Origin: Scyliorhinus canicula | Lineage: Eukaryota | Length of the DNA stretch: 64,000 bases | Assembly: GCF_902713615.1 (NCBI RefSeq) | Contig: NC_052147.1 | Span: 116,242,552 to 116,306,551, forward strand | Reading direction: 5' to 3' | Shown here: positions 37,745-50,600 of the stretch, piece after piece | Layout: each line of letters begins with the position of its first letter | Position numbering within the stretch: position 1 is the stretch's first letter | Made by a program: the position numbers and the translations under genes | Notes under the pieces: model-generated | What the model saw: the letters and a program-made list of their open reading frames with translations, nothing else | What the model was told of the DNA's origin: nothing | The model's database searches: none

Positions 37745-37866
37745 TTTTAAATGGACATGCATGTAGTCTGTAGTTTCAATGCCCTGAACTCTGCTTCAGT
37801 GCTTCCTATGAAGCTCAGGTTTCTGGCTCAAGAACAGTGTTGAAAGATGAGACATGGAGGATGTGT

Positions 37867-37883
37867 ATTAAAGTACTTTTATT
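37867..37883. terminator. Back-to-back poly(A) signals: ATTAAA (+, 37867-37872) and AATAAA (-, 37878-37883)
   Basis: ATTAAAGTACTTTTATT between the convergent VTI1B and ARG2 stops. Confidence 0.55.
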
Positions 37884-38061
37884 GCTGAACCATTCCATTC
37901 TTCATCACGTACTTAACCTGGTTAGACGACTTCCCTGTGGTTTGATGGGTCTTGCAGCTGATGAAGTATCTTTGAGCAAAATGAAGAAACTTAACAAATC
38001 AAGTTGCATTTGATCAGTCTCTTAAAACTTTGCTAATAACTACATTGTAGTAATGTGCACA

Positions 38062-38075
38062 ACTTTTAATAAAGT
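38062..38075. terminator. Overlapping poly(A) signals: AATAAA (+, 38068-38073) and ATTAAA (-, 38065-38070)
   Basis: Near-palindrome ACTTTTAATAAAGT. Confidence 0.55.
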
Positions 38076-38493
38076 CATTTGATATTTAACAAATGTCCTA
38101 TAAGTTATTTCTATCTGGAGGGAAAATTTAATATACATTATTAACAGTACACAGATTTATCCCTCCAACAATCTTAAAGGATTTTTATGCAAACAAGCAC
38201 AAAGCTTCTTAAAGTTCTCATGATTCCCTGGCCTAGAAAAAAAGCTGTTTTGATGGCTTATTCAAATTTATCTCCAGCTAATTGAATAGGGAAATTATCC
38301 TATACTTCACAATGGAATGTATAGGAAAATGTGGCTGTTGCCCACATTACCTTATGAATAAAGTGGGATATAGATGAAGGGTTGAGAACACTGTGTCCCA
38401 AAGATAAAGTGTATGTGAAACAAAGTACTATTCCTTTAAAATTTCAGTTCTGGAATATGAATTTGTACTGCTTCCTTTCTTCAACAAAAGGTC

Positions 38494-38696
38494 CTAAAGC
38501 CGTAGCGTCTGTTCATTTGTAGCATATGTTGAACTGGGTGTCGGTAGTTCATCACATTTGCCATGGGATCCTTCACGGGCCTGTCCCAAAGAAAAGGAGA
38601 TGACATCCACTGCAATGTTTACTGTTGCATTAAGTTCCTCATCTGAAGCTGCAAGCTTGGGGTTAACTTCTACCAGATCCATTGCAGACAGCATTC
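38494..38696 (-). CDS. ARG2: ARG2 last coding exon
   Basis: [15 protein letters not shown]...[35 protein letters not shown]; 203 nt. Confidence 0.95.
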
Positions 38697-41600
38697 CTGT
38701 ACGAGAGAAAAAGGTTAAAAGTTACTGCACGCGAACAGCTAGTTTAAGAAAAGTCATTTCATCTCGAGCAACACCACAAAACCGGTTGTGCTAAATTGTA
38801 GTTTTTTTTCATAAAGCCCGATAGGTAAAGTTAGGATAATCAAGAATTGCTTTTGGCCATTTGTTTCATACCCGTGTTATGTATTTCCTCTGCAATATAC
38901 ATTCCTTCCCTGTAAGTTAGTCCTCCTATCACTGGAGTGCCAGTTGCAGGAGCTAAAGATGGGTCAATAGCATCGACATCAAAACTCAGGTGCACTGGTC
39001 TTTTCTGTCTGAAAAACAATATTCCAAATTAGGCTTGCATACCTACGGATGTAACAATTGCTAATCTATGCTTTTAGGATTTAAAATATTTTAAACATAT
39101 TATGTTTGCCCACATAGGCTGGATTTTGTCCTGCATTTCCAGATCAGTCAATATTCCAAATGAAAATGAAAATAGCTTGTCACAAGTAGGCTTCAAATGA
39201 AGTTTGTGAAAAGCCCCTAGTTGCCACATTCCAGCACCTGTTTGGGGAGGCTGGAACGGGAATTGAACCATGCTGCTGGCCTGCCTTAGTCTGCTTTAAA
39301 AGCCAGCTCCTTAGTCCTGTGCTGACATTACCAAGGTGAGCTTATCAATTCAGGTTCTTATGCTGTCCCAACATCTAGAATGCAGGCAAACTACTACTCA
39401 TCTATAATGAATCTGTCAATGAAACTGCATAATGGGTTAGAAAGTGATTCAGCAAAATTCTGCTCTCCAAGGTCTACTCAGGTTTATAATCTACATACAT
39501 GGCAATGTGTTACAAATTGCCCTACAGCAAGATAAAATAGCTGGTCCTTGGAGGCGACCATAAGCAATTATCTCATTTTTCACCGGAATAACAATACTAC
39601 ATTTTATTCTTCTGTTCAAACCTACTTTCCAATTAGATGATCAAACGTTCTTTCCATTACTTTCCTTATTCCGAGTTGATCCACCTCTTTCATAGAGAAG
39701 TATCGGATGCCAAAGTTTTTCAGGATGTAACTGTTGGGAAGGAACAAATATTTTCAATTAAAGAAAAACTTTGCCAAATTGAATAGCTAAATGCCTGTCG
39801 AGTCAAAGTTGTGGATTTACGGCTACTTTAGGGCTTACGTACAGTCTAGGCACCAATGCCTAGAGTCTATATTGTCACAATGTCATATCTGTTTAGATGG
39901 ACAGAAGATGTGAAGAAAAGGATTGTGCACTAAATGTCTAGGTCAAATCACAGATGAAAAATTGATTTGCTATTATGCAGCTTGATTTTCAAAGATTTTA
40001 GTACTTCCAAATTAATATGTTGTGAAGCACTTGGGAGTATCTCAAGTGCTTCATTATATACAGCAGGAATATCAACTGATATGGAAATAGGACTGATATG
40101 GAAATGCAGGAAAAGATCAAGCCTGTGTGGGCAAACATGATTTGTTTAAATATATTTTAAAATGCTGAATTATACATTTTATAGAATCTGGTTTGTCCTG
40201 TATATCAAAATTGAAGCGGTGGATTTAAATAAGGAACTTGGGTGTTAACATATATTAAAAGTAATAGGTTGTATACGTGGCAAGGTAAAGCTTGATCAAT
40301 GATGATATTTCATTAGCTGCCTAAAGCAGAACGGTGTTGGTCTGTTAAGATAGTAGTACTAAAACTGAAAAACAGAATGTTCTTACTATTCAGCAGGATC
40401 AACATCCCGTAGTCCAATGTAAACCAAGTCCTTGGCGGAGATGCAAGGAGTGACCCAAGAAAATCCAGGAAGTGGTGGTATCTTTAAAAAAAAAAGTCAT
40501 TTCTAATATGGGCAGCAAGTTTACACTGGTTAAATGCAGTTAGGGCAAATATTGCTAGGACATTTGAGATTTATCAAGACAAATGAGTTGACAAGATTCA
40601 AATATAAAATGTTACCTTGTCTTGGAGCTCTCTTATAAGGAATGACACTGGCTGTCCATGTAGATTACCAGACATTGAAGTAAGAGGTGTGTTTAGATCA
40701 CAATGCGCATCCACCCATATGACACATAAATCAGGTCGCTGCTGTGCATGCCCATGAACCGAACCAATTCCTAAACTGGATATTTATGATAAAGATAAAA
40801 AAGGTTATGAGCACACTACAAAACATTAGCACTGTGCAGGAGAGAAAAACAACATTTCCAGATTTAACCAGCATTCAATTTCTCCACAAAATTCAATGCA
40901 ATTTGAAATCAATTTGTTTTCAGACCTATACTAAATTAGAATTGCTGTTGGTGAACTCACCTGTGGTCTCCTCCAAGCATAATGCTTAGGTGGCCATCAC
41001 CAACTGCTCGGCTGACTGCTTCAGTTAATGACTGGTTGGCCAAACCCACTGTTCTTGGGTGGTGGACAATGTTGTTATACGGCGTATCATTTGGTACAGT
41101 GGTGAAACTCAGGTCTCCATAGTCGTACACTTTACAGCCTGAAAATGAAGTACTTAATGAATTTTTGGAAATGTATCAGTCTACATTGGAAATGGCAATT
41201 CAGGGCAGCACGGTGGCACAGTGGTTAGCATTGCTGCCTACGGCGCTGAGGACCCGGGTTCGAATCCCGGCCCTGGGTCACTCTGTGTGGAGTTTGCACA
41301 TTCTCCCAGTGTCTGCGTGGGTTTCACCCCCACAACCCAAAGATGTGCAGGTTAGGTGGATTGGCCACGCTAAATTGCCCCTTAATTGGAAAAAATAATT
41401 GGGTACTCTAAATTATTTTTTTTTTTTTAAAAAGAAAAAAAGAAATGGCAATTCAGTAACTTGCAGGAAGTACCAGGTGTCCATTTCAAAGTATGTATAG
41501 CTGCTGTGCTGGATACTGTAAGAAGTCTTACAACACCAGGTTAAAGTCCAACACGTTTGTTTCAAACACTAGCTTTCAGAGCACTGCTCCTTCCTCAGGT

Positions 41601-44600
41601 GAATGAAGAGGTATGTTCCAGAAACATAGACAAAGTCAAAGATGCCAGACAATGCTTAGAATGCGAGCATTTGCAGGTAATTAAATCTTTACAGATGCAG
41701 AATAGGGGTAACCCCAGGTTACAGATGTGTGAATTGTCTCAAGCCAGGACAGTTGGTAGGATTTTGCAAGCCCAGGCCAGATGGGGGATGAATGTAATGC
41801 AACATGAATCCCAGGTCCCAGTTGAGGCCGCATTAATGAGTGCGGAAATTGGTTATAAGTTTCTGCTCAGCAATTCTGCGTTGTTGCGCGTCTTGAAGGC
41901 CGCCTTGGAGAACGCTTACCCGGAAATCAGAGACTGAATGCCCTTGACTGCTGAAGTGTTCTGTTGTCTACCTTATACGCTGCAGGAAAGGATGTCCCAA
42001 AGCGTGGTACATTGGAGAGACCATGCAGACGCTGCGACAACGAATGAATGGACATTGCGCGACAATCACCAGGCAGGAATGTTCCCTTCCAGTCAGGGAA
42101 CACTTCAGCAAAGGGCATTCAGCCTCTGATCTCGGGTAGGCGTTTTCCAAGGCGGCCTTCAGGACGCGCGACAACGCAGAATCGCTGAGCAGAAACTTAT
42201 AGCCAAGTTCCGCAGACGAGTGCGGCCTCAACTGGGACCTGGGATTCATGTTGCATTACATTCATCCCCCACCATCTGGCCTGGGCTTGCAAAATCCTAC
42301 CAACTGTCCTGGCTTGAGACAATTCACACCTCTTTAACCTGGGGTTACCCCTATCTCTGCATCTGTAAAGATTTAATTACCTGCAAATGCTCACATTCTA
42401 AGCATTGTCTGGCATCTTTGACTTTGTCTATATACGTTTCTGGAACATACCTCTTCATTCACCAAGGAGCAGTGCTCCGAAAGCTACTGTTTGAAACCAA
42501 CCTGTTGGACTTTAACCTGGTGTTGTAAGACTTCTTACTGTGCTCACCCCAGTCCAACGCCAGCATCTCCACATCAGTGCTGGATACTAGCTGACTACCT
42601 GTTTAAATCTGATCACCTACCTACCTGTTTCAATCTGATTATCTACAAGGCATTTTGTCATCAGCTTTAACTGGAATGCAGGAGGAATGAGAAAATAAAA
42701 AGTCTTTTACACTTTAGTGAACTGTGCCTTGAAGGACCAGAGGCATTTGTTTTTGATTGGGAAGAGATTAAAATTCCATTCCTATTAGTCATCTAAACTA
42801 GGGACCCACCCACTTCTCCTATGCCAAGTGGTTACAGGTATCAGAAGCCTGAACACATAGAACATACAGTGCAGGAAGCCATTCAGCCCATTGAGTCTGC
42901 ACCAACCCACTTAAGCCCTCACTTCCACCCTATCCCCGTAACCCAATAACCCCTCCTAACCTTTTTGGTCACTAAGGGCAATTTATCATGGCCAATCCAC
43001 CTAACCTGCACGTCTTTGGACTGTGGGAGGAAACTAGAGCACCAGAGCTATCCACTTGTGCTACCATGCTGCTCACAACTAATTATAAATCTACCTAATA
43101 TATTGCCATTGCCAGTCGAATCACAGATGTACACAGGGTGGCTTGCCTCTTCTATTCAATCATGTTAGGTATCAAACTGTCAACACAAGCATATATTCCC
43201 ATCATTAGTCTTCAGTTGTTACCTTTCAGCAACTTGACTTTCATAAGTCAGGTTAAAGAAATCATTAAGCAAACCCAAGGATGTTGGGGTTTTTAAAACC
43301 CAGAAGACACATGGTTGCAGATTTTAAAAATCCAATTAAGGAGCAATTTACTGTGGCCAATCCGCCTATCGTGCGCATCTTTTGAGTTGTAGGGGTGAGA
43401 CCCACGCAAGACGCTGGTCCGGTAAGAATGTGCAAATTCTACACTGAGTGACCTGGGGCCTGGATCAAAACCGGGTCCTCAGCACCACGAGGCAACTGTG
43501 CAAACACCATGCCACTGTGCCGTCCCCAGATTTAAGTTAAATGTTTTTAATTACTCTTTCATGGAATGTGGCAGGGCCATTTGTTGCCCCTCCCCAAATG
43601 CCCTCGAAGGCATCTTGAACCACTGCAGTCTGTGATGTAGACACACCCACAGTGATGCTTGAAGGAGTTACGGGATTCTGACCCAGCCCAGTGAAGAAAT
43701 TATGACATTTTCAAGCCAAGATGGAATGTAGCTTGGCGGACAACTTAACAGGTGGCAGCCTTTTTATCCTGGTGCTCTAGTCTGAAATGGCAGACGTAGT
43801 GGGTTTCAAAGATGCTGTTGAAGGTGCCCTGGAAAATTTCTGCAGTGCATCTTGATACAGTATACACTGTTGTCATTGTGTACTGGTGGTGGTGGGAGTG
43901 AATATTTATGATGATGGCCCGGGTGCTGATCAAATGAGCTGCTTTATCCTGGATGGCGTTTGAGCTTCTTGAGTGTTGTTGGAGCTGCACTCATCCAGGT
44001 AAGTGAAGAGTATTTCATCACAATTCTGACTGTCTTGGGAATCAGGGTTACTCGTCACAGAATGCCCAGGTCTTGACCTGCTCGTGTATCACAGTATTTA
44101 TATAGCTGGTCCAGTAAGACTCTGTTCAACAGCAATTCCCAGGACAAAGGAGTTTCAGTGATGATAATGTTATTCAACGCCAAGGGGAGCAGGTTAGTCT
44201 CCTGCTGGAGATGGTCATTTCCTGGCATTGGAGGCACAAATGTTACTTGCCCAAGCCTAAACATTGCCTAGGTCTTGATGCATATAGGCATTGACTGCTT
44301 TAGTATTAGAGGAGTCTCGAACATAGGCTAATTATCTCAAGGCAGTTCCAACTGATTTACTATAGGGGGTTACTTTAATTTTTAAGTAAAAATGCCAAGA
44401 AAGGCAAAAGTTGATTAAATGAATGGGAAAGCAGCCTATGGTCATCTGGGACTATGGTGACTTTACCTTTATCTCAGATTGGTGATCCTCTGTCAGAACT
44501 GACAGTTTACAGCATTCTTCACATTCAGAAGGCGACAATTTAAGATCCGAACCTCTTTTTTTTTCTCAGGTCATTCTGCTTCTCACATTTACACCCCCTA

Positions 44601-47600
44601 GACTATTTTGCTTACTCCTTCCATTATTCTCCTTTATGCTTTGGACCATCAACCCAAAGCATTTAAATATCACTCCTGCCTTCCAGTTTGTTCTCTTCCC
44701 ATCACAATCCCCAACTGTACAGTTTTCAAGCACTCCATTGCGGAGGAGACACTACTAACTGAGCTACCCCTTCCACAGCTGTCACTGGACCTGCTCAGGG
44801 TTGCCACTCCTTCACAAGAAATGGAGTAGACCATCTGACCCCATTCAGCCTGCTCTTTGAATACAATATGGCATATCTTGGGCTTGGGCTCCACTCTCCC
44901 ACTACACCTCTCGATTCCCCGAGACACCAAAATTCTGTCTGTCCCAGCCTTCACAACCCTCTGGGGCAAATAATTCCAAAGATTCACAACCTTCCCGTAC
45001 CAGCCTCCCCGGACAGGCGCCGGAATGTGGCAACTAGGGGCTTTTCACAGTAACTTCATTGAAGCCTACTTGTGACAATAAGCGATTTTCATTTCATTTC
45101 TGACTGAAGTAATTTCTCATCTCAAATTTAAACAATCGACTTCTTCTTCCGACACCATGTTTTACATTTCACAACAAGCAAAAGCAATCCTATTGTCTTC
45201 TCGATCATTGTAACTTGGTCCTCTGATGCTACAGATATAAGCTTTTCCCATGCAGGATCCGAAAATCTTAGCATGATTGCCTCAAACATGTACACTTTTT
45301 GCTACATATAAATTGCTGCTCTCCCAGTAAGAGGATGTGGTCAGGTAAAATAGTGACAACATGAAAATATCAGGGAAGTCCAACATATTGGAATGTTTTT
45401 GGCTGGTTATGCAACTATTAAACATGCAAGCTTCTTGAAGGCAGGGTCAGTTTGGTTGTGTTAATAGAACTCGTGCTTTTTAAGATGTTGATGAGCATAG
45501 CAAAGCTACAAACGGATGTTTACACCAGACAAGCTGGTAACAATGGGAAATAAACCACAAAGGGTCTGAATGTGATAGAGGTTCAAATGAGGAGTCAAGT
45601 TGTGAACTTTGCATTTACATTCTAACAGGTATTCTCAAAATGAAGGTAAACATCTGAAAAGGTTAGCTCAGATAAAGGAAGATCAAAAGGGAAAAGCTGT
45701 ACATCAGAAGTATTTAACATATGTTAAGGGTGGTTGTTTGAAACCTCAGCCAAAAGCAGGACAGTTGTTTTAAAGCCCAGCAAACTGTGTCTGTAAAGAA
45801 AGCCTGCCTTAAAGCCAGTTGTTTTGTTCCTCCTCAGAAGCAACCCCAAAGAATGAAAACTGCATGGTGTGGTAACAGCTACTGGATTTTAAGAAAAGTT
45901 TTAAAAATCTACAATATGTTGTGGTTCAGAAAGTATTAGCTCTGAAGGTAGTGAAATTAAAGGTGTTTGGAATTGGGTCAAGTGTTAGCATATAACCATT
46001 AGATAAGTGTACTTCAAGGTGACTTTATTGTTCTTTATTTTGTTTAAAAAACATTTATCTTATTTAAAATAATCACAAAAGTCTGAGACATCAATAACTG
46101 GTTTTCAAATCTTTCCTCATTGTATATAAAATCACATAATATAGTGGAGGGCTATTCCTTTCTGGGATTTGGAATAACCCGCGCAGCCAAGTGCTTAACA
46201 ATGTTGAATCAAATACAAGAAGTCAATTTCAATACCATATCTGACCCCTTCCCAGTGGCAGAATTTCTATCCAACTTAAAAACAAGCTCGAAATATGTTT
46301 CAGCTTTCCATCATAGGTAGAGTTTTGTGGTGGCTATCATAGAATCCCAACAGTGCAGGAGGCCATTCAGCCCATCGAGTCTGCACTGACCCTCAAAGAA
46401 CACCCTACCTAGGCCCCATCCCCGTAACCCCATCTAGGGGCAATTTAGCATAGCCAATCCACCTAACCTACGCATCTTTGGACTGTGGGAGTAAACCAGA
46501 GTACCCGGAGGAAACCTATTCAGACACGGGAAGAATGTGCAAACTCCACACAGACAGTGACCCGAGGTAGTGTTGAACCCGGGTCACTGCACCATCATGC
46601 CATGCTAACACACTTCCAATTCTATGAGGTTCACTGTATGCACCGGTCTCTTATGCAGCACCTTGTCAAAGCCTTTTGGAAAGCTAAACACACTACATCT
46701 GTAGGTTCCCTCTAACTTCTCCCCCTGTTACACTCAAAGAATTCAAGCAAATATGTCAAACCTTTCATAAAACCATGTTAACTAGCTTTGATTATATTCA
46801 GCTGTCGTAAATGATTGGCTTTTTTTGATTACTGACTCCAGCATCTTCTCAATAATAGATGTTAAAGTAACAAGCCTATAGATCCCTGCTTTTTGCCTTT
46901 CCCCCTTTTTGAACAAGGGAGTCACGTTGGTGGTTTTCCAATCTTCCGGTACTCTCCCTGGAATTTAGTGAGTTACGAAAAATTTCACCCAATGGGTCCA
47001 CTACCTCTGCAGCCACTTTGTGCAGTTTACTGCCTACTGGTTTCAGAGTTTGTCTTCATAATACATCCTTTGTCATTGGAATTTCTGCAAGTTCATAGAA
47101 TCCCTACAGTGCAGGGGGCCATTTGGCCCATCAGCCCTCTGAAAGAGCATCCCAACTCGATCCACTCTATCCCGTAATCCCATCTAACCTTTGGACACTA
47201 AAGGGCAATTTAGCATGGCCACTCCATCTAAACTGCACATCCCTGGACTGTGGGAGGAAACCAATTAACAATCAACCATTTAAAAATTCAAATTCCAAAT
47301 TGTAAATTCTCAATACATCTAATACTAAGCGGGAGGAAAACAAGCAGCAATCAAGAACTAACAGTTTGAAGGGGGATAGAATGAATAAGCAGGTTGTAAA
47401 TGACAAGTGGACAAAAGGTTTCAGACCAGGTTGGTCCCTGGAACACTGTTTGCAGACCGGAGGTACAATTACTCTTTCACAGCCGTCAGCTAAAATCCAA
47501 ACAAAGCAGCTAGAGTTCACAACAGCAATTGGCTCACTGCATTTCCTAATCTGATCTTCTTGCCCACATACTTTTGAGATTGACACTGCAAAAATTAAAC

Positions 47601-50600
47601 AAAAACCTGGGGTGGGGAACAGTCATCCCTTGGTTCATTCTCCATTGCAATGCCCTGCCCAAATTCGACTCGCTTGGTTTGAATTTTAAAAAATGTTTGC
47701 CACGTTAACTGTTCCCTGGGGCATTCTCCATGGCAACAACTTCTACCAATCAGAGTTAATTTTCCAACTGGTCAGCATCCGTTACTCGTGCATTATAAAT
47801 CATGGTTCCCTGAGATTTGGTATTCTTGAGATTCGTTTTTTCTTAAATTTAGAGTATCCAATTATTTTTTCCAATTAAGGGGCAATTTAGCGTGACCAAT
47901 CGACCTTCCCTGCAGATCTTTTGGGTCGTGGGGGTGAGACCTACACAGACATGGAGAGAATGTGCAAATTCCACACGGGCAGTGACCCAGGGCTGGGATC
48001 GAATATTCTTGCGATTCTGTCCTGATTGAGTGCAAGGTGAAACGTTTTGGCAGCAAGTCTCTTTTCTCCCCAGCAAAAATTGGAGAATGTTTTCATCTGT
48101 AGATCCATAACCAGCATCAGAGGGAAAAAGCACCATAAAAATACAATTAGGAATGTTTCTGCGATATCAAACCACAAATCTCTCAGCCAACACAATCTCA
48201 ATCCTTTTCTCCCAGAGGTACTGTCTAGTTACAGACAGAGAGAAAAAAGGTCTTTCCTATTGCAGGGGGAATCTTACATTTTGGACAAAGAAGACAAGAG
48301 CTGCCCATGAAAAATGTTTACCAGCTTTACAATTGCAGGGACAGGAGAATAAACAGGAAATGTTTCTTAGTTATTTAACCACAGTCAGAACAATGCAAAT
48401 TGTGATGTTACTGATGCTATAGGCATAGTCAAGGGAGCCAGAGCCCATGAAGCTCCATCTAGTCATGAAAGCGTGTAGGTGCAGGCATGACCTGCAGAAC
48501 AGGGATGCCCAAATAAGGGAGCATGACATGCACAGTAAATGTAATATTAGTAGTTAATGAGGGTTTAAATATTAACATTTCCCTTTGTCAGATGTCTTTG
48601 ATCCAAAGTTATCAGCAACCATTAGGGGGCACTTGCTACCAGGTTCCTTGGGCACCATTTACTATTCTTTCTTCCCCACCTTTTTCTGCTTAGTGGAAAA
48701 ACTGTTTTGAGGCCATCTCAACTGAGTTCAAAGGAGATAAGGAATATATTGCAGAATGGGTAAAAACAGAGGATTCAAAAAGTAGAAAATCAGAAGTCTG
48801 TTGGTACTCTAATCTTGTAGCTAAAATTCCTCACCTCTAGAACTATTCTGTTAATCTCATCTGTACCCTAAAGGTCCCACACATCCTTTCTAAAGTGCGG
48901 TGACCAGAAGGTTTAGCATAACTGGTTTGCTTGCTCTGAAACTCAAGGTCCCTACACTTTGCTAATTACCTTGGATCCTTCCTGTCCTTGCACACACAAA
49001 GTGTGCCATGAAATCTATATTGCCTCTCCCTAACCTTCTACTGTAAAGTGTAGCAAGTTCCATCTTGTCTGTCCATATTTTTTTAGGGGCAATTTCGTGT
49101 GGCCAATCCACCTACCTGCACATCTTTGGGTTGTGGGGTAAGATGCACGCAGACACGGGGAGAATGTGCAAATTCCAAACGGACAGTGACCTGGGGCCAG
49201 GATCGGACCCGGGTCCTCAGCGACATAGGCAGCAGTGCTAACCACCACCACCGTGCTGCCCACATGTCTGGTCATAATCAACTGATACAATCCTCACTGT
49301 TTGCCACACTTCCAAGTCTGGTATCGTCAAGTTTTAAAGTTTGACTGGGAATTTGTGCATCATTTGGAGGGTTTGTCAAAGACAGTCATGGCTTGGTAGC
49401 ATTTGGTAACCCCCACATACGGAGGCTGACCCCATTTCTACAAAGAAAAAGTCACCAGAAGAATCTAGAAAAAGGGGCCACAACGGAACCACAAGACTAT
49501 TCAGAGTTGTAAGTGGTGACAGGAGAAGGAATTAGCATTAGATGTGCTTATGTTTGGATGACTACAAGCACAAAGCATGAAAGAGGGCAGAACACATGAG
49601 AAACTAGGAAAACAACTAGGAAAAAGACTGTGACCATAGGAAAAAGACAGTGTGACCAGAGGGAGAGAATGGTATAGCAAATCTTCATTAAAAAATTGAA
49701 TATCTGGTATTGGTTCAAAAACAAAGGCAGGTGTTACTCCAGTTTGGATTGCTATATTATTATTAGTGATGCAATGTCATTATTATTTATATCACAATCT
49801 TGTTAAATGCAGTAAAATTTGGTTCCAAGTTTTTTAAAAAACTTATGTGCAGGATCATCAAATCTAAAACTAGCAAAACCTAGACAAAATAAAGTAAAAA
49901 GAGGTTGGTCACACGCATGTGCAGAAACAAAATGTTTTCTATATACAATACAGACAACACTTTTGACCAACTGTTTCATTTGCTACATACATCAATCTCT
50001 GCTGTTTGTAGCTACTCCTGCCAGGAGATCTGCTGACTTGATGGTCACACTATTCTGTTTATCACAATCCTCGTCTGCAAACGCTTTGCGATGTCAGTCT
50101 TCCAACTACGCCAAGGCCCCTCTAGATCTCTGTAGCTTTTCAGCTCTGATGAAATGGCTGAAATTTCTTTTCAGCATGTCACTTTTTTTTTAAAGTTTAT
50201 TTTTTATCTTGCAAATTTCAACCTCTTTCATTTGTCTTATGGTCTATATGTGGAATTTTAAACACACGTCTTAGCATCCACATTTCCAAGACCTCGATTT
50301 TCTCCTACAATAATATTTTCCAGGTTTCTGACAGTTTTGCTACACGGTTAGTTACACTTACTTCATCGTCTCACGATTACTTTTGGCATTTTAAAATAAA
50401 ATTTAAAGTACCCAATCCTTTTTTTTTCCAATTAAGGGGCAATTTAGCTCAGCCAAATCATCTACCCTGCACATCTTTGGGTTATGGAGTGAGACCTACA
50501 CAAACACAGGGAGAATGTGCAAACTCCACACTGGCAGTGACCTGGGGCTGGGATTGAACCCGGGTCCTCAGGGCTGTGAGGCAGCAGTGCTAACCACTGC

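Noticed and set aside
40023-40053. AAGTGCTT (miR-302/430-type seed) within a hairpin as a possible miRNA
   Set aside because: The stem is far too short for a pre-miRNA and the flanks do not extend the pairing.
41204-41275. tRNA-like box A/B heads
   Set aside because: Each continues into a SINE core and tail, often with TSDs; not tRNA genes.
45570-46200. Possible additional solo LTR in ARG2 intron 2
   Set aside because: LTR-like TG...TAACA ends, but I could not find a convincing TSD or a second copy.
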